From an uncultured Candidatus Rokubacteria bacterium (GTDB lineage: Bacteria; Methylomirabilota; Methylomirabilia; Rokubacteriales; CSP1-6): a DNA stretch of 64,000 nucleotides. The notes under the pieces were generated by a model that was given only the letters and a program-made list of their open reading frames with translations, ran no database searches and was not told the DNA's origin. Location: NCBI GenBank assembly GCA_963771355.1, contig CAVYTA010000007.1, positions 320,001-384,000 of the forward strand, written 5' to 3'. The position numbers were made by a program, and so were the translations under genes. Of this stretch, positions 41,685 to 51,992 are shown piece after piece. Position 1 is the stretch's first letter. Each line of letters opens with the position of its first letter.

Positions 41685-42271
41685 TGCCGCGGGCCTTCAT
41701 CGCCATCCTCCTCAGCTCCGAAGCGCGCGAGGCGGTGACCGACGAGGTGGAGCGCCTCCGCCCGCTGAGCCGGGCGGTGGCCTGGGTTCCGCGAGACAAT
41801 CTCCACCTCACGCTCCGCTTCCTGGGCGAGCAGAGCGAGGAGCGCCTGGCGGACGCCCTGGCGGCGCTGGAGACGGTCGCCGCGGCCGGGGAGTCCTTCA
41901 CGCTGGGCTTGCATGGCCTGGGCGCCTTCCCGGGGCTGGAGCGGCCGCGCATCTTCTGGGTGGGAGTCGCGGAGGGCGCGCTGGCCGCGCGGGGGCTCCA
42001 GGCCCGGCTCGAGGCCGCGCTGGCGGAGCGGGGCTTCCCGCCCGAGGCGCGGCCCTGGCACCCTCATCTGACCGTCGGGAGGGTGTTTGACGATCGGCGC
42101 TGGCGCCGGGAGGTCACGCCCGCGCTCCGACAGGCCCTGGCGCACGCGGGCAGCCGCCCGGTCGCGCGCCTTCCCATCACGGCGATCTCCTTGATGAAAA
42201 GCGATCTGGCCCGAAGCGGCGCCCGGTACACCGCGCTCGCCTCCCGGCCACTGAGCGCCCGCGTTAGTTGA
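41684..42271 (+). CDS. thpR: RNA 2',3'-cyclic phosphodiesterase (2H family)
   Basis: Two HxT motifs (HLTLRFLG, PHLTVGR); follows cinA. Confidence 0.92.
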   Translation: MPRAFIAILLSSEAREAVTDEVERLRPLSRAVAWVPRDNLHLTLRFLGEQSEERLADALAALETVAAAGESFTLGLHGLGAFPGLERPRIFWVGVAEGALAARGLQARLEAALAERGFPPEARPWHPHLTVGRVFDDRRWRREVTPALRQALAHAGSRPVARLPITAISLMKSDLARSGARYTALASRPLSARVS

Positions 42272-42296
42272 TCGAAATGCGTGCGGTTGCTATGCT
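42268..42296 (+). promoter_or_regulatory. Candidate sigma70 promoter for the cyclase operon
   Basis: TTGATC-17 bp-TATGCT. Confidence 0.5.
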
Positions 42297-43777
42297 GGTC
42301 GGGCGCAGCCAGACCCGTCGGAAGGGACAAGGACCGCGTCATAATCGATCAGCCCGCGTCGACCCCGGAGACCGAAGCCCCGCCGACCCTGCCCCGGCGC
42401 GGTATCCGCCTCTCGCTCAAGGTCAAGCTCAGCCTGCTCATCACCGCCCTGGTCGTGCTCACCGTCACCCTCGTGAGCGCCTTCCTCATCCGGCAGGAGC
42501 AGCAGACCCTCACCGCGGAGATGACCAAGCGGGGGCTCACCATCGCGGAGAACACCTCCGCGGCCGCCAAGTCCTCGCTCATCGCCAACGACGAGCTCAC
42601 GCTCAACGTGCTGGTGAATGACGCCATGAAGGATCCGGACGTGGCCTACGTGGCGATCGTGGACGAGAACCGCACCGTCCTCGCCCATTCCGACGTGGGG
42701 GAGATCGGCAAGCCCATCGCGCGGCCCCCCGGCCTCGAATCCCTCGGCGCGGAGCCCCTGATCCGCACCTACACGACCAAGCCCCGGGGCGAGATCATCG
42801 ACTTCGCCATGCCGCTGGTGTTCAGCGACACGCCGGTGGGCGCGCTCTATCTGGGCTTCTCCAAGCAGGCCATCACCGACGCGCTTGCCCGGGCCTTCAA
42901 CCGCGCTCTCATCATCACCCTCGCCATGGTGGTCGTGGGCGTGGTGGGAGCGGTGGGCCTCTCCAACCTGCTCTCGCGGCCCATCTTCCGGCTGGTGCGC
43001 GGGACGCGGGCCATCGCCCAGGGCGATTTCAACGTGGCGCTGCCGGTGACCTCCGGCGACGAGATCGGCGTCCTCACCGAGTCCTTCAACCAGATGGCGC
43101 GGAGCCTCCGGGAGAAGGAGATGATCAAGCACGCCTTCACGCGCTACGTGGCCCGCGAAGTGGTGGAGGAGATCCTCAAGGATCCCGAGCACCTCGTGCT
43201 CACGGGGGAGCGGCGGGAGGCCACCGTGCTGTTCTGCGACATCCGCGGGTTCACCCCGCTGTCGGAGCGGCTGTCCCCGGAAGAGGTGGTCTCCCTCCTC
43301 AACGAGTTCTACACCCTCATGATCGAGACCACGTTCAAGCACGACGGCACCCTGGACAAGTTCCTCGGCGACGCGGTGATGGCGGTGTTCGGCGCCCCCA
43401 TCGCGCACCCGGATCATGCCACCCGCGCGGTGCGCACCGCCATCGCCATGCAGCAGGGCGTCACCGTGCTGAACGAATCGCGAATGCGTGACGGCAAGGA
43501 GCAGATCCATATCGGCATCGGCGTGGCGGTGGGCGAGGTGGTGGCGGGCACGGTGGGCAGCGGCGAGCGGATGGAATACACCGTGATCGGCGACAGCGTG
43601 AACCTCGCCTCGCGTCTCGAGTCCAATGCCAAGCCGGGCCGGATCCTCATCAGCGGCCGCACGTACGAGATGGTGCGCCATCTCGTCGAGGTGGTGCCGC
43701 TGGGACCGATCAAGGTCAAGGGCAAGGAGGAACAGGTGGAGGTTTTCGAGCTGGTCGGACACCGGGAGGGCGCGTGA
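42281..43777 (+). CDS. Membrane class III adenylate cyclase (TM-periplasmic sensor-TM-HAMP-cyclase); start uncertain
   Basis: FCDIRGFT, DKFLGDAVM, EYTVIGDSVNLASRLE; HAMP DEIGVLTESFNQM. Confidence 0.92.
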   Translation: MRLLCWSGAARPVGRDKDRVIIDQPASTPETEAPPTLPRRGIRLSLKVKLSLLITALVVLTVTLVSAFLIRQEQQTLTAEMTKRGLTIAENTSAAAKSSLIANDELTLNVLVNDAMKDPDVAYVAIVDENRTVLAHSDVGEIGKPIARPPGLESLGAEPLIRTYTTKPRGEIIDFAMPLVFSDTPVGALYLGFSKQAITDALARAFNRALIITLAMVVVGVVGAVGLSNLLSRPIFRLVRGTRAIAQGDFNVALPVTSGDEIGVLTESFNQMARSLREKEMIKHAFTRYVAREVVEEILKDPEHLVLTGERREATVLFCDIRGFTPLSERLSPEEVVSLLNEFYTLMIETTFKHDGTLDKFLGDAVMAVFGAPIAHPDHATRAVRTAIAMQQGVTVLNESRMRDGKEQIHIGIGVAVGEVVAGTVGSGERMEYTVIGDSVNLASRLESNAKPGRILISGRTYEMVRHLVEVVPLGPIKVKGKEEQVEVFELVGHREGA

Positions 43778-44859
43778 GCGCCGCGCGCGGAGTGATCGGG
43801 AGCACCTGGGCGCGCGCGCTCCCGCTGGTCGCGGTGGCGCTGCTCGCGGGCGCCTGCGCGACGGCGGCCCCCGATCAGCCCTCCGGCGAGGGCCCCGCCG
43901 CGTCCCGCACCGCGCGGACGGCCCCCGCGTCGCCGCCCCGCGTGGAGCCCTTGCCCGAGGCCTTCCGATCCGACGACTTCATCGTCACCTTCGCGCGAGC
44001 CGGCGACACCGCGGAGACGCTCGCGGCGCGGCATCTGGGCGAGGCGGGGAAATCCTGGATGATCGCCAACTACATGGGCAAGGACAGCTTCGCCGCGGGC
44101 GAGGAAGTGATCATCCCCGTGAAGCCCTGGAATCCCGCCGGCGTGGAGCCCGGCGGCTACCAGCTCGTGCCCATCCTCTGCTATCACAACCTCGACCGGC
44201 AGGCCAAAGGCCGGCTGGTGCTGGCGGCGTCCTCCTTCGAGGAGCAGATGCGGTATTTGAAGCGCGAGGGGTATCACGTCGTCAGCCTCAAGGAATTCGT
44301 CGAGTTCATGAGCTTCAAGCGGCAGCTGCCGCGCAAGTCGGTCGTGCTGACGTTCGATGACGGCTACCGTGCCTTCAAGGAATTCGCCTATCCCATCCTC
44401 AAGGAGCTGGGCTACACCGCTACCCTCTTCGTGTACACCGACTACGTGGGCGCGGGGCGTAGCGCGCTGTCGTGGGACGAGCTCAAGGAGCTCAGCGCCG
44501 AGGGCTTCGACGTCCAGGCCCACTCCAAGACCCACGGGGACCTGCGCAAGGCGCCCAACGAGACCGACGCGCAGTTCGCGCGGCGCATGCAGGTCGAGCT
44601 CGAGCAGCCGCTGGGCCAGTTCCAGCAGCGCATCGGGTCGCGGCCGAACTATCTGGCCTATCCCTACGGGCGGCAGGATGACGATGTCGTCAAGAAGGCG
44701 AAGGAGTACGGCTACATCGCCGCCTTCACCGTGCGCCGTCAGGGCAGCCCCGCCTTCGTCTCGCCGCTCCGCGGGCATCGGAGCCAGATCTATTCCGAGA
44801 TGACGCTGGAGGACTTCATCAAGAACCTCAACGTCTTCGCGGCCGAGGAGCTCAAGTGA
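43774..44859 (+). CDS. Lipoprotein with LysM-like and CE4 polysaccharide deacetylase domains
   Basis: Lipobox LAGAC; AGDTAETLA LysM-like; PILCYH, TFDDG, HSKTH, AYPYG. Confidence 0.88.
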   Translation: MSAARGVIGSTWARALPLVAVALLAGACATAAPDQPSGEGPAASRTARTAPASPPRVEPLPEAFRSDDFIVTFARAGDTAETLAARHLGEAGKSWMIANYMGKDSFAAGEEVIIPVKPWNPAGVEPGGYQLVPILCYHNLDRQAKGRLVLAASSFEEQMRYLKREGYHVVSLKEFVEFMSFKRQLPRKSVVLTFDDGYRAFKEFAYPILKELGYTATLFVYTDYVGAGRSALSWDELKELSAEGFDVQAHSKTHGDLRKAPNETDAQFARRMQVELEQPLGQFQQRIGSRPNYLAYPYGRQDDDVVKKAKEYGYIAAFTVRRQGSPAFVSPLRGHRSQIYSEMTLEDFIKNLNVFAAEELK

Positions 44860-46058
44860 GGCGCCCGGCCGCCTGGGTGGTGCTGGGGCTCCTGGCGGGC
44901 GGCTGCGCCACCGCGGCGCCCGAGGGCGCGGGGACCGCCACGCCCGCGGGCCGTCCCGCCGCCACGCCGGCGGCCGCGGCCGCGCCCCGACCGCCCTCCC
45001 CGCGCGAGCAGCTCGCGGCCAAGCACCGCGCGGAGGCGGAGCGACTCGAGCGCGAGGGCGATCTGCGACGGGCGCTGGACCACTGGAAGATCGCCCTCAT
45101 GATCAACAAGGACGACGCGGCGGTCCGGGAGGGCCAGACCAAGCTCGAGGGTCGGATCGAGGGCGCGGTGGCCCAGCGCATCCAGGAGGGCCGCGCCGCG
45201 CTGCAGCGATCCTCCCACGTGGAGGCGCGCCGCCGCTTTCTCGCCGCGCTGGCCTTGGACCCGTTCAACCGCACCGCCTTCGACGCGCTCCAGACCGACG
45301 TGCGCGAGGTGGAGTCGCTCACCCACACGGTGCGCGCGGGAGATACGCTCGCCACGCTGGCCCAGCGCTACTACGGCGACCGGTCGCGCGGCGAGGTCAT
45401 CTGGGAGACCAATCAGCTCCCGCCGAACCCGCGCCTGGTGGCGGGCACCGCGCTGAAAATCCCCGAGATCCCGGGCTTGCCCTTTCTCCGCGCGGAGCCG
45501 CGGCGCGAGCCGCTGCCGCCCCTCGCGGCGCCCACGCCGGCTCCCGGAGCGACGCCGGGGCCCGCGCCGGGCCCGCCGCCGGCCCGGACCGAGCCCGCGC
45601 GCGAGGAGCCGCCGGAGGTCAACCCGCTGCTGGCCGACGCGCGCGAGGCGCTCGAGCGGAAGGAATACCCCGCCGCCCTGGCCGGTCTCGACCGGCTGCT
45701 GGCGAGCACGCCCTCGGACCGGGAGGGCCAGGACCTCCGCAAGGTGGCGCTGTACCAGTACGGCAAGGCGCAGTTCGCCCAGCAGCAGTACGAGGCGTCC
45801 TATAAGACGTTCACGCAGCTGGCGAAGATCCAGCCGAGCTACGAGGATTCGCCGCGCTTGCTCCAGCAGGCGCGGGCCCGCGTCGTCGACAAGCACTACA
45901 GCGAGGGCATCAAGCTCTACCGCGACGAGAAGCTCAAGGAAGCCATTCGCGAATGGCAGGTCGTGCTCGAGTTCGAGCCCACCCACGCCAACGCGAAGAA
46001 GAACATCGAGCAGGCGGAGCGGTTGCTGAAGGGACTCGAGCAGCGCAAGAAGAAGTAG
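44856..46058 (+). CDS. Lipoprotein with TPR repeats and a central LysM domain
   Basis: Lipobox LAGGC; HTVRAGDTLATLAQRYYGD...GTALKIP; Pro-rich linker; TPR helices. Confidence 0.85.
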   Translation: MRRPAAWVVLGLLAGGCATAAPEGAGTATPAGRPAATPAAAAAPRPPSPREQLAAKHRAEAERLEREGDLRRALDHWKIALMINKDDAAVREGQTKLEGRIEGAVAQRIQEGRAALQRSSHVEARRRFLAALALDPFNRTAFDALQTDVREVESLTHTVRAGDTLATLAQRYYGDRSRGEVIWETNQLPPNPRLVAGTALKIPEIPGLPFLRAEPRREPLPPLAAPTPAPGATPGPAPGPPPARTEPAREEPPEVNPLLADAREALERKEYPAALAGLDRLLASTPSDREGQDLRKVALYQYGKAQFAQQQYEASYKTFTQLAKIQPSYEDSPRLLQQARARVVDKHYSEGIKLYRDEKLKEAIREWQVVLEFEPTHANAKKNIEQAERLLKGLEQRKKK

Positions 46059-46074
46059 CCTGCCGTCGTGGCCC

Positions 46075-46214
46075 GCGCGGCACGGGGATGTGCGGCGGGT
46101 CCTGTCGCCGGACAGCCCCACGCCCCGAGCCACCCCCGCCCGGTGTGGGGTCCCCCGGCTCGGGGCGTGGGGCTCCCCGTCCGGCACCACCCGCCGCACA
46201 TCCCCGTGCCGCGC
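46075..46214. repeat. 140-bp nested inverted repeat (long hairpin)
   Basis: 46075-46100 pairs with 46189-46214 (26 bp perfect); 46107-46113 with 46179-46185; 46114-46131 with 46157-46174 (18 bp perfect). Confidence 0.92.
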
Positions 46215-46329
46215 TCCCCGTGAGTCCTCATCCGAGCGCCCCCATCCCCGCGAATCCTGTCTGTATCGCAACTTGGACATTGACCCGACTCGAAATTCGA
46301 ATCAAAGTGGCGTCGGAGCGCGCCGTTCA

Positions 46330-46359
46330 TTGACTTTGGGGGGATCGGCCCTCTACAAT
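46330..46359 (+). promoter_or_regulatory. Candidate sigma70 promoter of recA
   Basis: TTGACT-18 bp-TACAAT, 84 bp upstream of the recA ATG. Confidence 0.65.
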
Positions 46360-46442
46360 AGTCTGCAAGTGCGCGTGGAATCGAGAGTTTGCGCCTCGCC
46401 CGGACCTGACCTGAGGCCTGCGAGCATTCCCAGGAGATTCCC

Positions 46443-47501
46443 ATGGCAGAAGTGAAGAGCGATCGCCGCCAGGCCCTCGAGCTCGCCCTGGCTTCCATTG
46501 ACCGCCAGTTCGGCAAGGGCGCCATCATGCGCCTGGGGCAGGGCGGCGCCCTCGACGAGATCTCGGTGATCCCGACCGGGGCGCTCACGCTCGACCTGGC
46601 GCTCGGCATCGGCGGCATCCCGCGCGGCCGCGTCACCGAGATCTACGGCCCGGAGTCCTCCGGCAAGACCACGCTGGCGCTGCACGTCATCGCGGAAGCA
46701 CAGCGCGCGGGCGGCACCGCCGCCTTCATCGACGCCGAGCACGCGCTCGATCCGATCTACGCCAAGAAGCTCGGGGTCAATACCGACGAGCTGCTGATCT
46801 CCCAGCCCGATACCGGCGAGCAGGCGCTGGAGATCGCCGAGACCCTCGTGCGCTCCAACGCGGTGGACGTCATCGTCATCGACTCGGTGGCGGCCCTGGT
46901 CCCGCGCGCGGAGCTCGACGGCGACATGGGCGACTCGCTCCCGGGCCTGCAGGCGCGGCTCATGTCGCAGGCGCTCCGCAAGCTCACCGCGGCCATCTCG
47001 CGCTCGGGCGGCAGCGTGATCTTTATCAATCAGATACGCGAAAAGATAGGCGTCATGTTCGGATCGCCCGAGACCACGACGGGCGGCCGCGCGCTCAAGT
47101 TCTACGCCTCCATCCGGCTCGACATCCGCCGGCAGGACGCGATCAAGAACGGCACCGAGTCCATCGGCGTGCACACCAAGGTCAAGGTGGTGAAGAACAA
47201 GCTGTCCCCGCCGTTCCGCGAGGCGGAGTTCGACGTCATCTACGGCGAGGGGATCTCCAAGGAAGGCACCGTGCTCGACGCCGCCGCGGAGAACAGCATC
47301 GTCGAGAAGTCCGGTACCTGGTACACCTACGGGAACGAGCGCATCGGGCAGGGCCGAGAGAACGCCAAGCGCTATCTCAAGGAGAATCCCAAGGTCCTGC
47401 TCGACATGGAAGCCAAGGTCCGGAGCGCGCTCGGGCTCAAGCCGGCCGCCGCACCCTCGATCCCCGACAAGGTCGAGAAGGCCGAGAAGGCCGGGCGCTA
47501 G
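46443..47501 (+). CDS. recA: Recombinase A
   Basis: [45 protein letters not shown]. Confidence 0.98.
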   Translation: MAEVKSDRRQALELALASIDRQFGKGAIMRLGQGGALDEISVIPTGALTLDLALGIGGIPRGRVTEIYGPESSGKTTLALHVIAEAQRAGGTAAFIDAEHALDPIYAKKLGVNTDELLISQPDTGEQALEIAETLVRSNAVDVIVIDSVAALVPRAELDGDMGDSLPGLQARLMSQALRKLTAAISRSGGSVIFINQIREKIGVMFGSPETTTGGRALKFYASIRLDIRRQDAIKNGTESIGVHTKVKVVKNKLSPPFREAEFDVIYGEGISKEGTVLDAAAENSIVEKSGTWYTYGNERIGQGRENAKRYLKENPKVLLDMEAKVRSALGLKPAAAPSIPDKVEKAEKAGR

Positions 47502-47510
47502 GAGGGACGG

Positions 47511-48726
47511 ATGGAACTGGACGAGCTCCTCTCCCACGCGGTGAAGCGCCAGGCGTCGGATCTCCACCTTAAAGCCGACGCCCACCCGGTGCTGCGCATT
47601 CACGGCCATCTCGAGGTGCAGGACGACCTCCCCGCCATCACGCGCGAGTTCATGCGGCGCACCGCGATGCGGCTGCTGGGCGAGGATCGATACAACGACC
47701 TGATGGGGGGGACGGAGAAGGATCTCGGCTATCAAGTCGAGGGGATGGGCCGCTTCCGCGTCAACCTCTTCCTCGCTCAGGGCGAGGTGCGCGGCGTGAT
47801 GCGGCACATCCCGGGCCGGGTGCCGCTCTTCGAGGAGCTGCACCTGCCCAAGGTGCTCGAGCGCCTCGCCATGGAGCGGCGCGGGCTGCTCCTCGTCACC
47901 GGCATCACCGGCTCCGGCAAGTCCACCACCCTCGCCGCCATGATCGACTACATGAATCGCGGCCGGAACGACCACATCATCACCATCGAGGACCCGATCG
48001 AGTTCGCCCACAACGATCGTAAGTGCGTGATCAGCCAGCGCGAGATCGGGCACGACTCGACGAACTTCGCCCAGGCCCTCCGCGCCGCCCTCCGCGCAGG
48101 ATCCCGACATCATCCTCGTCGGTGAGATGCGCGACGCCGAGACCATGGAAGTCGCCCTGCATGCGGCCGAGACCGGGCACCTGGTGCTCTCCACCCTGCA
48201 CACGCTCAACGCCTCGGAGACCATCAACCGGATCATCTCGACCTTCCCGCCGCACCAGGAGGACCAGATCCGCGGGCAGCTGTCCGCGATCATCCAGGGC
48301 ATCGTCTCCCAGCGCCTGGTGGTCCGCGCGGACGGCAAGGGCCGCGTCCCCGCCGTCGAGGTCCTGGTGGGCACCGGCCTCATCCGTGAGTGCATCAAGG
48401 AGGCGGACAAGACCTCGCAGATCCCGTCGGTGATCGCGGCCGGCCAGGCGCAGTACGGCATGCAGACCTTCGACCAGTCGCTGCTGGGACTCTACCGCGA
48501 GGAGCTCATCACCTACGAGGTGGCCCGCGACGCGGCGACCAACCCCGACGACTTCGACCTCAAGGTGAAGGGCATCTTCTCCACCGGCGAGATGACGTGG
48601 GAGACGAGCGGGGCGGGGCAACAGTCCCAGCCCGGCACGGGCCCGGCTCCGATGCCCCGGCCGGCGGCGGTGACGCCGGGCCGGCCGTCCACCGGGTCCG
48701 GGGGCCCCTTCTCCAAGAAGCCCTGA
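47511..48726 (+). CDS. pilT: Type IV pilus retraction ATPase (PilT/PilU family), +1 frameshift near 48096
   Basis: [38 protein letters not shown] split across frames; [21 protein letters not shown]. Confidence 0.88.
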
Positions 48727-48728
48727 CG

Positions 48729-49268
48729 GTGGCGGCCCGGCGGGCGCGCCGTCCGCCGGGGCCGCCGCCCGCGCTCGACCTTCGCGGCGCGCGTGTGGCC
48801 GCCTTCGATCTCCTCGCGCGCAAGGGCTGGAGCGGGCGCGATCTGCGCGCCCGCCTGGTCCGCCGCGGCGCCTCCCGCGAGATGGCCGCCGAGATCGTGG
48901 CCGAGCTCGAGGGCAAGGGCTATGTGGACGACGACGCCTTCGCCCGCTGGTGGGCGGAAGCCCGGGCCCGCGGCCGGCGGGTCGGAAGCCGTCGCCTCAC
49001 CCAGGAGCTGCGCGCCAAGGGTATCGCCCCCGTGCTCGTGGCCGCCGCCGTCGAGTCGGCCTTCGCCGAGGTCCCGGAGGGCGAGCGTGCCCTCGAGGCG
49101 GCCCGGCGCCGGCTCCCCGCCCTGCGCCGGACGCGGCCGGACCGCGCGGCGGCCCGACTGCGCGACTACCTTCTCCGGCGCGGCTACCCTGCGAGCGCGG
49201 TCCGCGCCGCGGTGACCGCGGTGCTGGGGCCCCTGCCGGAGTCTGAGGACGTGCCCCCCGACGCCTGA
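48729..49268 (+). CDS. recX: Regulatory protein RecX
   Basis: GYVDDDAFARWW, GSRRLTQELRAKG, YLLRRGY; lies between recA and alaS. Confidence 0.88.
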   Translation: MAARRARRPPGPPPALDLRGARVAAFDLLARKGWSGRDLRARLVRRGASREMAAEIVAELEGKGYVDDDAFARWWAEARARGRRVGSRRLTQELRAKGIAPVLVAAAVESAFAEVPEGERALEAARRRLPALRRTRPDRAAARLRDYLLRRGYPASAVRAAVTAVLGPLPESEDVPPDA

Positions 49269-49291
49269 TTCCGCCCGGGTATAATGGCGCC

Positions 49292-51976
49292 ATGAAGACC
49301 GGCGCCCAGATTCGCCAGAGCTTCCTCGACTACTTCGCGCGGAACGGCCACACCGTGGTCCGCTCCTCGCCGCTAGTGCCGGCTCAGGATCCGACCCTTC
49401 TCTTCACCAATGCCGGCATGGTCCAGTTCAAGTCCGTCTTCCTGGGCGAGGAGCGCCGGGACTACGTACGCGCCGCTACCGCCCAGAAGTGCGTGCGCGC
49501 GGGTGGCAAGCACAATGACCTCGAGAATGTCGGCCGCACCGCGAGGCATCACACCTTCTTCGAGATGCTGGGCAATTTCTCCTTCGGCGACTACTTCAAG
49601 CGGGAGGCCATCGCCTACTGCTGGGAGCTCATGACGGGGGAGTACGGCTTGCCGAAGGACCGGCTCAAGGCCACCGTCTTCACCGAGGACGACGATGCCT
49701 TCGCGCTCTGGAAAGAGGTAGCGGGGCTGGCTGACGAGCGCATCCTGCGCTTGGGGGAGAAGGACAACTTCTGGGCCATGGGCGATACCGGCCCCTGCGG
49801 CCCCTGCGCGGAGGTGCACTTTCACCAGGGTGATCATCTCCCTTGCGGGGAGGAGCAGGCGGGGCGTACCTGCCTCGGGCCGGCCTGCGAGTGCGACCGG
49901 TGGCTCGAGATGTGGAACCTCGTCTTCATGCAGTACAACCGCGACGCGAGCGGCCGGCTCACTCCCTTGCCGCGGCCGTCCATCGACACCGGCATGGGGC
50001 TCGAGCGCATCGCGGCCGTGCTCCAGGGGAAGGACTCGAACTACGAGACCGATCTCCTCCGGCCCCTGATCACCCACGTGGAGCGGCTGGCGGGGACGCC
50101 CTACCGCGCCGGAGGCGACCTGGAGCAGGACGTCGCCATGCGGGTCATCGCGGATCACGCCCGGGCCGCCACCTTTCTCATCGCCGACGGCGTGACGCCG
50201 TCCAATGAGTGGCGCGGCTATGTCCTGCGGCGGATCATGCGGCGGGCCATGCGCCACGGCCGCATGCTAGGCCTCCGCGAGCCATTTCTTTGGGACGTGA
50301 CCGGCTCGGTGGTGAAGATCCTGGGGGACGCGTATCCGGAGATCCGCGAGCAGCACCCGCGCGTGGTGGAGGCGGTGCGCCAGGAGGAGGAGCGCTTCGC
50401 CGAGACCCTCGACATGGGCATGGAGAAGATCCGCGACTATATGTCGGCCCATGGAGGCCAGGGCCGGAAGACCGTCGACGGCAAGTTCCTCTTCACGCTC
50501 TACGATACCCACGGCTTCCCCGTCGATCTCGCCCAGGAGGTGTTTCAGGACGCAGGCTGGACGGTGCCCGCCGAGAGCCTGACCGCCTTCGAGGCCGAGA
50601 TGGAGACGCAGCGCGAGCGCGCTCGAGCGGGGGGCGCCTTCCAGGCCGCCGGCGAGGACGGCTCCGCGACCGTGTATCAGCGGCTGTCCGCCGAGCTGCC
50701 GCGCCCGAGCTTCCTCGGCTATACCGACCTCGCCGCGCCCGCGCGCATTCTCGCCATGGTCGACGGCGGGCGCCGGCGGCCGGAGGCGGGGCCGGGTGAG
50801 ACGGTGGAGATCATTCTCGACCGGACGCCGGCGTATGCCGAGTCCGGCGGCCAGATCGGCGATACCGGCACCGTGGTCGGCCGGGACGGACAGGGCGACA
50901 TCCTCGACACCTACTACCGCGGCTCACAGCTCATCGTTCACAAGGTGAAGGTGACCCAGGGTCGCCTCCGCGAGAACGAGGAGGTGGCGGTGACGGTGAA
51001 CCCGCGGCGGCGCCAGGGCCTGCGCCTGCACCACACCGGCACCCATCTGCTCCACGCGGCGCTGCGCCAGGTGCTGGGTGGCCACGTCACCCAGGCCGGC
51101 TCGCTGGTGGCGCCCGACCACCTGCGCTTCGACTTCTCGCACCCGGCCGGCATCAAGGATCCGGACCTCGAGCGGGTCGAGTCCCTCGTGAACGAGCAGG
51201 TGCAGGCGAACATCGTGGTGTCCCCCGCCGAGATGGACCTCCAGGCCGCTCTCCAGAGCGGCGCCATGGCACTGTTCGGGGAGAAGTACGGTGACCGCGT
51301 CCGGGTGATCCGGATCGGCGACTTCTCGACCGAGCTGTGCGGCGGCACCCATCTCGGCGCCACCGGCGAGATCGGGCTCTTCAAGGTGGTGGGCGAGAGC
51401 GCGGTGGCCTCCGGCGTGCGGCGCATCGAGGCGGTGACGGGAGAGGCCGCCCTCCGCCACGTGGGCCAGCAGGAGGCGGCGCTCCGCGAGTCGGCGGGGC
51501 TGCTCAAGATTCCGCCGCTCGAGCTGCCCCGACGGATCCAGAAGCTCCTCGACGAGCAGAAGCAGCTCGAGAAGCAGCTGGCCCAGCTCGAGGCCCGTGC
51601 CGCCCGGAGTCGTGCCGAGGAGCTGGTCGCCTCCGCGAAGCAGGTGGCGGGCGTGCCCGTGCTCGCCGCGCGCCTGGATGGCCTCGACCCCGACGGCCTG
51701 CGCTCCGTGGTGGACATCCTGCGCGAGCGGCTGGGCCCGGGCGTCATCTGCGTGGGCAGCGCGGTGGACGGCAAGGTCAACCTGATCGCTGCCGTCTCCA
51801 AGGATCTCTCCGGACGCTTCCCCGCGGGCAAGCTCGTGCAGGAGGTGGCCAAGGTGGTGGGCGGCGGGGGCGGTGGGCGGCCGGACCTGGCGCAGGCGGG
51901 CGGCAAGGATCCGGAAAAGCTCGATGCCGCGCTTGCGCTGGTGCCGGGCTGGGTGGAGCGGACGGCGCGAAACTGA
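49292..51976 (+). CDS. alaS: Alanine--tRNA ligase
   Basis: LLFTNAGM, HHTFFEMLGNFSFGDYFK, DTGMGLER, HTGTH, ELCGGTH, GGGGRPDLAQAGG. Confidence 0.98.
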   Translation: MKTGAQIRQSFLDYFARNGHTVVRSSPLVPAQDPTLLFTNAGMVQFKSVFLGEERRDYVRAATAQKCVRAGGKHNDLENVGRTARHHTFFEMLGNFSFGDYFKREAIAYCWELMTGEYGLPKDRLKATVFTEDDDAFALWKEVAGLADERILRLGEKDNFWAMGDTGPCGPCAEVHFHQGDHLPCGEEQAGRTCLGPACECDRWLEMWNLVFMQYNRDASGRLTPLPRPSIDTGMGLERIAAVLQGKDSNYETDLLRPLITHVERLAGTPYRAGGDLEQDVAMRVIADHARAATFLIADGVTPSNEWRGYVLRRIMRRAMRHGRMLGLREPFLWDVTGSVVKILGDAYPEIREQHPRVVEAVRQEEERFAETLDMGMEKIRDYMSAHGGQGRKTVDGKFLFTLYDTHGFPVDLAQEVFQDAGWTVPAESLTAFEAEMETQRERARAGGAFQAAGEDGSATVYQRLSAELPRPSFLGYTDLAAPARILAMVDGGRRRPEAGPGETVEIILDRTPAYAESGGQIGDTGTVVGRDGQGDILDTYYRGSQLIVHKVKVTQGRLRENEEVAVTVNPRRRQGLRLHHTGTHLLHAALRQVLGGHVTQAGSLVAPDHLRFDFSHPAGIKDPDLERVESLVNEQVQANIVVSPAEMDLQAALQSGAMALFGEKYGDRVRVIRIGDFSTELCGGTHLGATGEIGLFKVVGESAVASGVRRIEAVTGEAALRHVGQQEAALRESAGLLKIPPLELPRRIQKLLDEQKQLEKQLAQLEARAARSRAEELVASAKQVAGVPVLAARLDGLDPDGLRSVVDILRERLGPGVICVGSAVDGKVNLIAAVSKDLSGRFPAGKLVQEVAKVVGGGGGGRPDLAQAGGKDPEKLDAALALVPGWVERTARN

Positions 51977-51992
51977 GGGGTCCGGAGGGCCC

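Noticed and set aside
46443..47501. Intein in recA
   Set aside because: Normal length (352 aa) with continuous motifs
47511..48726. pilT inside recA-recX-alaS as a novel arrangement or pseudogene
   Set aside because: I recall similar synteny in Geobacter-like deltaproteobacteria (not verified here), and the single +1 break fits the window's error pattern
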